Source of the DNA: Octopus sinensis
Taxonomy: Eukaryota
Direction of reading: 5' to 3'
NCBI RefSeq assembly: GCF_006345805.1
Contig: NW_021827123.1
Coordinates: forward strand, 1-10,844
DNA length: 10,844 nt
Under the pieces are notes generated by a model. The model was not told where the DNA came from. It worked only from the letters and a program-made list of their open reading frames with translations, and made no database searches. This document shows positions 1 to 9,317 of the stretch, one piece after another. Every line of letters begins with the position of its first letter. Position 1 is the first letter of the stretch. Both the position numbers and the translations under genes were made by a program.

Positions 1-206
1 GCATACGGGTATGCACACATATACGCACACATACACGCAAGCACACACACACATACATACTGATATGAAGAGAAAAATAGACGGGGATATAATGGAGAAA
101 ATGAGGTAATACGTGACATAATCGCTATTAATATACATCATAGCACCGTTTATGTATCAAGCATTACATACTGGGTACTATCGTTTCATCTTCTGAGACT
201 CCTCTA

Positions 207-254
207 TACATACGCACATACATACACACATACATACATACATACATACATACA

Positions 255-288
<34 letters not shown>

Positions 289-623
289 CATACATACATA
301 CATACATACATACATGCATAAACACATACATACGGACACATATAAATAAATACATACATTTATACATACATACACACAAACTGACATACATACTTATGTA
401 CATACATACTTACATACATACATAATTACATACATACATACATACTTATATATATAGATATATACATACATATATACATACATATATACATATATACTTA
501 CATATATACTTACATCCTTAGATATTTACATATATACATACATATATACAGACATACGTACATACATATCATAATTACATACATATATACATACATACAG
601 ATTTACATACACACACACACACC

Positions 624-659
<36 letters not shown>

Positions 660-845
660 CGTTTGTTCATACATAGATACCTACGTACATAAAAACGTAC
701 TCAAACACAATCACACACACATAGACCTATATATGCATTCATATGTATATATAATTATATATACACACACATATATATGCCTACATATACATATACATAC
801 ATACATATATACATACACACACATATATATATATATATATATAAA
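207..845. repeat. Compound (TACA)n/(CA)n/(TA)n microsatellite block
   Basis: Long TACA runs with CA and TA runs are directly visible. It explains the MYVC/CMYV ORFs at 164-403 and 178-387. Confidence 0.97.
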
Positions 846-1235
846 TACAAGTGCGTGAGTGTGTAGACACCATTTATGTACTTCATGTACTTCTCAGTGG
901 GTATACCGTAGTATCGTTTCATCTTTTACCAAGGAAATCACAAAAAAAAAAGTTAACATCAAAGGAATTATCGAAGTTGATGATGACAAAATAGCAAAAA
1001 TCTTCTATCAGCTCGTTCATTTTTTCAGGTGAAAAAGACGAACAATGACGATAACCAAATAAAGAAGAAACTTTAGAAAAAACAGACGTAAAGAAAAGAA
1101 TGATAACAATGATAATAATAATAATGTTATTAAACGTATGGAAGAGAAAATCACATTTAACACTGTACGACAGAATAAGTATCTGTGTTATAATAACGAC
1201 ATTTTAATATATAGTGCACGTACACTTACAGCGTC

Positions 1236-1244
1236 ACACACACA

Positions 1245-1322
<78 letters not shown>

Positions 1323-1419
1323 ATATATTTATACATTCGCGTATATGTATATAATACCTATCTATCTATCTCTGCATATAACATATATATGTATATATAC
1401 ATATACATATGCCTATATG

Positions 1420-1463
<44 letters not shown>

Positions 1464-1513
1464 ACATATATTATATATACATATACATATTATATATTAA
1501 TATATATATATAT
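1236..1513. repeat. (CA)n followed by interrupted (TA)n microsatellite
   Basis: Directly visible. The (TA)n part forms the left flank of the hammerhead element. Confidence 0.95.
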
Positions 1514-1598
1514 GTAGGTCCCTGGTTGAGTCGGGATTAACCACATAAAATAATGTACTCAATACATACCAGAGTAAATTAATTTATTTTATAGAAGG

Positions 1599-1648
1599 AG
1601 CTTCTACAGGACTAGAACTGTTTCATTCAAAGAAATCATCAGGAAGCT
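1599..1648 (-). ncRNA. Type I minimal hammerhead ribozyme (minus-strand copy)
   Basis: Reverse complement reads AGCTTC-CTGATGA-TTTC-TTT-GAAT-GAAA-CAG-TTCTAGTC-CTG-T-A-GAAGCT. It matches the plus copy except for one T fewer in loop II. Predicted cleavage follows GUA, between 1605 and 1604. Confidence 0.82.
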
Positions 1649-1695
1649 TCCTGATGATTTCTTTTGAATGAAACAGTTCTAGTCCTGTAGAAGCT
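1645..1695 (+). ncRNA. Type I minimal hammerhead ribozyme (plus-strand copy)
   Basis: Stem I AGCTTC 1645-1650 pairs with GAAGCT 1690-1695. Core CTGATGA is at 1651-1657. Stem II is TTC/GAA with a TTTT loop and a U-U at its base. GAAA is at 1670-1673. Stem III ACAG/CTGT has an 8-nt loop containing palindromic CTAG. Cleavage triplet GUA is at 1687-1689. All core nucleotides match the consensus. Confidence 0.87.
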
Positions 1696-2042
1696 CCTTC
1701 TATAAAATAAATATATATATATATATATATATATACGTAAATATATATACGTAAATATAAGTGAGTTACGTTAAGTGGTAACTCTAGTGCTAGAAATAGC
1801 TCCTTATTCTGGTATAGCCACCGAATTGTTTCCCACAAAAGAAATAACATTACCTTCAACGTAAGGAAAGCGAAATACAACGAAAAGATAGATTAATGCT
1901 GAACAATTGTTTCTTTATGAATATAATATGCAATTATACTCACATATTTGTCTATAAGTCATCGTGAGGGTCTGATAAATTGTATGGAGAACAAATCCCC
2001 AATTGTTTGGATCCTTCCTCACCTTCTCCGTAAAACTAAGTC

Positions 2043-2135
2043 ATATATATGTATACACACTCACACACTCAAACACACACACATGCACACACACACACAT
2101 ACACACACACACACACGCACACGCACAAACACAAA
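2043..2135. repeat. (CA)n microsatellite with (TA)n
   Basis: Directly visible; source of the HTHT ORF. Confidence 0.9.
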
Positions 2136-2380
2136 TATATACAGAAATTATTTAGAATTAAATGTACGCCTAGTCTTGTTACGTTCAGAGCTCCTCATTG
2201 GTCTTGAAAATCGCGTTTCCTTTCAGTATTGTTATTAGTAACTTGATACCATAAACTGTTCCCTAATGACCCGTTCTGGATGAGCGTTTGTATGCAGGGC
2301 TCCAGATAACAATAGCGTCGGAACTCTCGTAAGCATTTTACTATAAAACCTGTATTTATCCATATTTTTTCAAATATATA

Positions 2381-2442
2381 TCTACATACATACATAAATA
2401 CATACGTACATACATACATACATAAATACACACACACACATA

Positions 2443-2474
<32 letters not shown>
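2381..2474. repeat. (TACA)n/(CA)n/(TA)n microsatellite
   Basis: Directly visible. Confidence 0.9.
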
Positions 2475-2775
2475 ACGTTTATGTATATAATTTGGAAGAT
2501 TTCTATGTTGAAATCGTGTGTTGAAAGAAATATTGTTATATTTCGGGATGGCGATTTTTATCTTTTCTTTTTTTTTTTTGTCAGGTAAACACACGCAATA
2601 TTTATTCGTTATTTTTTTGTTTTTTTTTTCAGATTTATTATTTTTCTCCTCCTCATATATGTCGTTTATCTGAAATCTTCGTCACACGTCCTGAATGATG
2701 GACGAATATATAGTGTGGGTGTGTTTATTTATTGGCAAATGCGAAAGAAATTACCATCTCAAAATAAAATATAAC

Positions 2776-2779
2776 AATA

Positions 2780-2820
<41 letters not shown>

Positions 2821-2842
2821 TATATAATATATATATTCATAT

Positions 2843-2876
<34 letters not shown>

Positions 2877-2950
2877 TATATACATATATATTCATATAGC
2901 TATATGTACATGTGTTTATATTATATGTATATATATATACATGTATGTGT
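2776..2950. repeat. (TA)n/(TACA)n microsatellite
   Basis: Directly visible. Confidence 0.9.
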
Positions 2951-3529
2951 GTGCTTGCATGTAAAGACATAATTACATCTGTAAATATATTTTCACGTGT
3001 ATGTGTGTGTCTGTGTGTCCGTAAGCAAACGTGCGTGTGTGCACATGATGTCGGTGTTCGTGTCTGCATCTATAACTCTCGGACGACGCTATCAAAGATA
3101 AAGCGTGTAACATTATTTGCACATTATTTTAACAGATCAATATTTAGAGAAGCAGCGAAGTCATCACGATTTGAAATATTTGACATGATCTTGATCTTCG
3201 GTTTTATACACAATTCCGCTTCATTGAGGATCAATATTTCCGCTTGCAAAATACTTAAATATCAAAACATATGTACTCCCCCTCTCTTCCTTCTTTGTTA
3301 AATTATTCGATTGACAACACATCTTAATCGAACTTGACGGAGCAAAATACACTGCATATAGCACAATTCAATGATTCGCCTGTACAGAGAGGAGAACAAC
3401 GATTGTCTTAAACAATGTGTAAAGACTGTTAGATGCTTAACCATCCTCATGATTGCCAATCTAATGTTTGTTGGCAATCAAACATACACCCACACTTGCA
3501 TAGTCAATGGTACAAACACACATACTGTA

Positions 3530-3538
3530 TACGCACAT

Positions 3539-3594
<56 letters not shown>

Positions 3595-3603
3595 TATTAT
3601 ATA
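3530..3603. repeat. (CA)n(TA)n microsatellite flanking the Helitron
   Basis: Directly visible. Confidence 0.9.
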
Positions 3604-4002
3604 GTAGCAGTATCGCCCGGCGTTGCTCGGGTTTGTAAGGGAAATAACTATATAAGCATTTTTAGAGAGTTATAGCAAAAAAATAGCAAAAAAAAGGCAT
3701 TAAAAATGGAAAAAAATTATGGTAATTTTTTTTAAATCGTTGACTCATCGTTGACATTTTTAGAGAGTTACTTCCCTTATATAATAGCGACAAAAATGCA
3801 TTATAATGGAAAAAAATGATGGTAATTTTTTTTTTTAAATCGTAGACTCATCGTAGACGCGCGCTAATACACAGAAGGGCTCGATATGAATCACGACTAT
3901 AAGATACCCGGTTTTTGTTTAAACTGCACGACAAAATGTGGGAGTAGTTAGGAATCTAAATGGTAGGAGACAGACACACAACTTCACTTTTATATATAAA
4001 GA
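3604..4002 (-). mobile_element. Non-autonomous Helitron (~400 bp)
   Basis: Minus strand begins A|TCTTTATATATAAAAG (5' TC after target A) with a nearby TGTC repeat. It ends with the GC-rich hairpin CCCGAGC-AAC-GCCGGG (3616-3631) 12 nt before a terminal CTAC|T, one substitution from canonical CTAG|T. Insertion is at A|T with no TSD, as expected for Helitrons. Confidence 0.85.
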
Positions 4003-4342
4003 TATATCCACATACATATATACGTACAGAGGTCTCCATCTTGACGTTAGCATTCTGTGTCTTATCCAATAAATGCCGTCCTAGTTACTGGTTAGTATAA
4101 TTGTTAGATGGTACAATTGTTAAAGAAATGCGCTGTGAGAGTTTCGGCTCTTTGCTCTTTCGCGGTCGAAGTACCAGTGAAATAGTGCGGTCAAAAATAA
4201 CGATTTGTCCCTCTTCCCAACCTTTGTGGCTTTCTCCTTATAGCAGAAGCCATTTATGGTTGCCTGTGTAATGCTCTCTATCTGCTTTACTTCAATGCTC
4301 GCCTTTGTCACTTGTTCGATTAATTTTTAAATTCATTTACAG

Positions 4343-4426
4343 GTTTATGTCGTGGACCGAAACTAATAAATAACAAGCTGAGATGCTGCGACCATATTAA
4401 AACAACCATACTCTTATTTGAATCAG
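4343..4426 (+). other. Candidate 84-nt internal exon, open in phase 1
   Basis: Acceptor ttcatttacag|G and donor CAG|GTAATC. Frame reads (G)LCRGPKLINNKLRCCDHIKTTILLFES(G). No recognisable homology. Confidence 0.3.
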
Positions 4427-5806
4427 GTAATCTATGTATCGAAATGCCAAGTTAAAATTCGGAATGACAGTATGAGATTTCACCATATTCATATAGCGAT
4501 TTTACCGAGTATTTTCCTGTAAAGATTATGCTCAAATGTTATGCTACATAATGTGGTCAATTACCCTCGATTTCATACGCAAGGTAAATTGTGGACATTA
4601 TATGAGTGTATTGTTTTAACTTATTAAAGATGAAGCTACTGCGCTGGCTAGACGGACAGGCCATCTATTATCTCTTTAGTTAGCTTCCAAACTCTAGTGA
4701 AAAGATTACGTGCTTGCATGCGTGAGCCAGACCCTCTGTAAGGTCATACGCCGAGGACCTTGCTAGCTTGGTTGGACCTACCAAAGCAGACCCCTCGCTA
4801 CCATAACGTTCGAACAACTATTACCAATGTGGCACCTCTATGGGGTATTGATGTAGGATTTCGTAACAGGTCAAGATGGTCAAGAATGGTGCGATGAAGA
4901 TGAAGATTGTGACCAGTGGTGTATAAGAACATCACAAGGCCTGGTGGATACTTTGCTACATTTGTTTAAGCAATGCAGCAGTAAGGCATATGATGTTAAA
5001 TGTTTTTCTCCATGTTAATAAACCTCATTTAGCATTTTCAATATCTCTGCAACAGGCATACACCTTAGTGAGGACGGTTTTTACCTTCCAAATTTATGGA
5101 TTTCTTTTTACAAGATATTATTTTTGCACTGCACACTTGGGCTGTACGTGCAATTTCTCCTTTGATAAAGCATTCAGCTTCTTCACAAGTTAGGTGTATA
5201 ATACATCTAGTACTTTTTTAAGAATTCAAAGTATAGCGTTTTGCTTAAACTTTGCAGTATTTGATTTCTGGAAGAGATAGTTTTTATCAGTGGTGCCTAT
5301 AATAACATCATAATCTCCCTCCGTAGCGCATTTATGTTGCATTCATACACATTTAAATTACTTTTTCCACTTTTGCTTTCATCGAAAAGAATGGAATAGT
5401 TACTGCGTGTTCCTTTGTATTAAGCGAACAAATGTTTTCTGTAAGATTTCCCACTACTTTACACAAACGTCTTTGTATTTCTGTTTAACTATGTGTCTAC
5501 CATTTCTGTTTGTGTTTAGACACAAAAATAAAACATTGCTTACAAATTCCTTACGCAGGTTCCGTTCGATCCGTCGAACCAAACACGTCAGTAGATAGGA
5601 AAATAATAAGACTGACTCCAAGTGCTAAAAACGCTGTAAATGATGCTACCAAGTTTATCATTGGGGTGCGGAGAGGCGTCTGGAGCGTATTACATTTAAG
5701 CCTCAAGTGTAACCGCGTACGATAGATGAACCATCTAGAATAGCGACCGAAGGTATGTAACCCCTATCCATTAATCTTTCTACGCTACAAACATCGGAAT
5801 CGGTAC

Positions 5807-5888
5807 AGCAACACACACACACGCCTACGATCACGCAGATAGGCGTGTTCGCACACACACACACACACACACACCTATATATATATAG
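5807..5888. repeat. Interrupted (CA)n/(TA)n microsatellite
   Basis: Directly visible. Confidence 0.85.
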
Positions 5889-6033
5889 CAATATTGGACT
5901 TTGTTTTTATGAGAAGTTGTATATAAAATAATTTTACAGGAAGCTAAATATACATTCAATACTTTTTATTGAGTTAAACATATTGAGTTTTCCACGGAAA
6001 ATGTTAAAAGTGACTTCGAAGTATCGCGTGGCT

Positions 6034-6092
6034 ATGTATGTATGTGTGTGTGTGTGTAAATAGACGTGCGCATACACACACACACACACACA

Positions 6093-6157
<65 letters not shown>

Positions 6158-6420
6158 GCATGTATATACATACAAACTTGCACATATACATTGGTTTGAA
6201 TCATTCTATAACTTCTGCTGGTTATTAATAAAGAGACGAACACACACACTCACACACATACATATATATATATACATACATGCATACATATATATATATA
6301 TATCTGTATATATATATATATATTATATATATATATATTTATTATATATATATATATATATATAAATATATATATATTATATATATATATTTTATATATG
6401 TATATTTATAAATATATACA
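6034..6420. repeat. (GT)n, long (CA)n and long (TA)n microsatellite block
   Basis: Directly visible; source of the CVCV, HTHT and IYIY ORFs. Confidence 0.95.
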
Positions 6421-7157
6421 TGTTTTATAGAGATGAGGTCGGATACATGCAAAGGTGGGAAGCGAAGAGAAGGGTGAGAAGGTGGGAATAGCTTCAGAGA
6501 TAAGCAAGATATAAGCGTGCCAAATGTAGAAGGTGAGTTAGATGTGTGCGAAACGTAATCAAGTTTGTCATGCTTATAAGAAACAGGGTTACATTCCGGG
6601 TCTTACGTTCTCCTTCAATATATTATAAATTCGAACGTCAGGTCCAGATACGTATAATCGTGTATTCCATATTATGTGTGAGGGGGCATATGTTGTGTGT
6701 TCAGAAGAGCACGAGCACACATATGCCTCCTACCACACACGCAAAGTTATGTAAATATAGGAATACGTGAAAATATATGTGATTCAGCGTGGGTATGTTG
6801 CCAGGTCTCTATAAGTAATAAGCTACCATATCAGGAATACATATTTTAAGCATAAAATATATTTAGAGATTTATGAGAGGAAACCTAATCAGAAAACAAG
6901 TAAACTGCCCCTCCTCACCCTTTCTACCTCTTTTACTCTCTCTCTCTCTCTCTGCACATATATTTACATGTATGTACACAGACATATATATATATATGTA
7001 CACACAAGGATATATCTATATATTTATGTGCATATAGATACATGTATATGTATATACCAGCGTATGTGTAGATATACAAATATATATATATACGTTTATA
7101 TAACGCTAAAACCATATTAAATCTTGGTCTTACCATCATTTCAGAAAGTAGTGCGCC

Positions 7158-7159
7158 TC

Positions 7160-7226
<67 letters not shown>

Positions 7227-7263
7227 CTATCTATCTATCGCTCTCTCTTTCTCTATCTCCTTC

Positions 7264-7321
<58 letters not shown>

Positions 7322-7367
7322 GTATATCTATCTATCTATCTTATCTATCTATCTTTCTATCTAGTAG

Positions 7368-7451
<84 letters not shown>

Positions 7452-7456
7452 GTAAC

Positions 7457-7501
<45 letters not shown>

Positions 7502-7539
7502 ACTACCAGTTTGTCTGTCTGTCCGTCTCTGTCTCTCTG

Positions 7540-7611
<72 letters not shown>

Positions 7612-7708
7612 ACTACCTATCTATCAATCTGTCTAACTGTCTGTCGGTCTGTCTGTCTGTTTATCGTTCTATCTAAATAGCTATCTATCTCTATCTATCT
7701 ATCTCTTA

Positions 7709-7784
<76 letters not shown>

Positions 7785-7862
7785 GTCTGTCTCTCTGTCT
7801 ATCTATCAATCTATCTATCTATCTATATATCTATCTATCTCTATCTATCAATTTATCTATCT
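7158..7862. repeat. ~700-bp (TATC)n (GATA-type) tetranucleotide array with TGTC variants
   Basis: Directly visible; source of the YLSI 162-aa ORF. Confidence 0.98.
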
Positions 7863-7959
7863 GCTTGCCTGTCTGTCTTTGTTTATCTAGTTATCTCTTT
7901 TTCTATCTTTATGCATGTATGTGCGTAAATAGGTACATATATATACAAAGAAACAGAAA

Positions 7960-7982
7960 CAGAGAAAGGGAGAGTGAGATCA

Positions 7983-8017
<35 letters not shown>

Positions 8018-8040
8018 GAGAGCAAGACTGAGATAGAGAA
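7960..8040. repeat. (GA)n microsatellite
   Basis: Directly visible. Confidence 0.9.
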
Positions 8041-8514
8041 AGGCATATGGAAGCCTTGCACTCACACATAATCCAATGCAAACGAATATTCGAAAGCAAT
8101 ATGGAGGTTCTAATAACGTCCATATATCAGGTGTCGATGACAGAATAAGAATTTTTGAAACAATTCTACTTTTCGTAAGTGATCCATCAGCAGATTCCTT
8201 GCTCGAAGCCATTCCAAAACAGAGGAATTAGAGAAATACAGAAGTAGTGATGATATCTTCTGTAGCACAACAGCTGTTGTTGATTAGCCGTACATTCTAC
8301 CTGATCACAGATACCTGTGATGAATAGATTGAAGTAGTTATAAAGGACTTTATTATATAATGCCTCGTGCTAGAGAGTAATTCGAAGATTTTACTTCACC
8401 GACCGCACTGAATGGGGAGCGACCGCGACTTGAGGTTGATACATATCACAATATTACGAAAGAGTCACATTGAAATTTTAAAAAAAAATCAGCAGTACGC
8501 ACAACATATATGTA

Positions 8515-8544
8515 TGTATAATATGATATATATATATAATATTT

Positions 8545-8596
<52 letters not shown>

Positions 8597-8600
8597 ATAA
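8515..8600. repeat. (AT)n microsatellite, left flank of the hammerhead element
   Basis: Directly visible. Confidence 0.93.
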
Positions 8601-9047
8601 TTAATCAATATAGGGTTAGCAAAAAAATTCAGCAGAAATTATTTTGCTACCAGCGGTCTAGTGAGAAAAAGGAAATAGTCGAGACTATTTATAAATTCAA
8701 CAGCAAAATTAAGAACGGCCATAATAGGCCGTTCGTCAACCACTAGAAATAACAGCCAAGGCTTCAACCGCAAAATAGTAGTAATTCCGTAAATCAGGAG
8801 AAAAATTAATTCAGGAGAACAGGGTAAATGTTTTTAATTTTCTCCCTGATTTACGGAATTACTACTATTTTGGCGGTTGAAGCCTGGCTGTTATTTCTAG
8901 TAGGTTGAACGGCCTATTATGGCCGTTCCTTAATTTGCTGTTGAATTTATAAATAGTCTCTCTGACTATTCCTTTTTTCTCACTAGACACTGGTAGCAAA
9001 ATAATTTTCTGCTGAATTTTTTTTGCTACCCTAATATTGATTATTAT
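8597..9047. repeat. Long inverted repeat: ~213-bp arms (8597-8809 and 8834-9047) with a 24-nt spacer
   Basis: The arms are reverse complements with scattered, mostly 1-3 nt indels, e.g. GAACGGCCATAATAGGCCGTTC vs GAACGGCCTATTATGGCCGTTC and AATTCCGTAAATCAGGAG vs CTCCCTGATTTACGGAATT. Confidence 0.95.
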
Positions 9048-9187
9048 GAATTTTCTGTTTAATTCCGAAATGGAATCGGCAGCTTATATTTGCTGCCGAT
9101 AAATTGGCGCGAGTACGATGATTTTGAAAATTTTAGGTTAGATATTGCCGAAGCGGTATGGTGCTGCCTCGTTTAAATATCTCTCCC

Positions 9188-9317
9188 TCCTGGCTTACTT
9201 TACTGATGAATCTGTTGACCTATGGAAGATTAAACTTGATTTAACTGATTCAATTTAATCAGGCTGATTTACCATTAAAAAACGATGAAACAATGCATTG
9301 TATAAAGTGAAACAGGG
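9188..9317 (+). ncRNA. Type I hammerhead ribozyme with extended (77-nt) stem II
   Basis: Stem I TTACTTTA 9195-9202 pairs with TAAAGTGA 9303-9310 (one G-U) and continues past a 2x2 loop as TCCTG 9188-9192 / CAGGG 9313-9317. CTGATGA is at 9203-9209. Stem II 9210-9286 is closed by ATC(T)GTT/AACGAT. GAAA is at 9287-9290. Stem III is the palindrome ACAATGCATTGT 9290-9301. Cleavage triplet is GUA, cutting between 9302 and 9303. Confidence 0.82.

Larger units (their letters stand above)
1514..1712 (-). mobile_element. Terminal fragment of a Penelope-like retroelement (hammerhead-containing pseudo-LTR) with an inverted duplication, inserted in (AT)n
   Basis: Minus strand from 1648 reads HHR, AATAAA, then a ~65-nt tail into (TA)n. 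The plus strand from 1645 carries an inverted copy of HHR plus AATAAA running into (AT)n. Minimal type I HHRs and inverted terminal copies are known features of Penelope-like elements. No RT or GIY-YIG ORF is attached, so the family assignment is inference. Confidence 0.7.

Noticed and set aside
1623-1880. 85-aa minus-strand ORF crossing the hammerhead palindrome
   Set aside because: It runs through (AT)n and the ribozyme palindrome and has no recognisable motif.
3136-3190. Acceptor ttttaacag|ATC with short frame QYLEKQRSHHDLKYLT*
   Set aside because: A single weak acceptor in AT-rich DNA; too common by chance.
8085-8242. Plus ORF MQTNIRKQYGG... and overlapping minus ORF 7883-8212
   Set aside because: Short, no recognisable homology, and the minus ORF runs into (GA)n.
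8248-8304. Box C (GTGATGA) and box D (CTGA) spaced like a C/D snoRNA
   Set aside because: No terminal stem, box C sits inside another hairpin loop, and I found no recognisable guide complementarity.
164-8600. ORFs of 60-162 aa in the track (MYVC, HTHT, CVCV, YLSI, IYIY, RERE types)
   Set aside because: They are translations of stop-free microsatellite frames with no domain content.
8611-8619. TAGGGTTAG resembling telomeric TTAGGG, or a GGG...CCC TIR end
   Set aside because: Only about 1.5 units and the opposite arm reads TAGGGTAG. The inverted repeat extends beyond it with no TSD, so neither telomere addition nor a MITE is supported.
8907-8976. GC-rich hairpins followed by T runs, like bacterial intrinsic terminators
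   Set aside because: The context is eukaryotic and there are no upstream bacterial-style ORFs; they are better explained as parts of the structured RNA unit.
9203-9260. Alternative compact hammerhead using ATCT/AGAT as stem II and TAAAC at 9231
   Set aside because: It needs TAAA instead of GAAA, a mismatched stem III and has no stem I. The long-stem II fold satisfies all consensus positions.
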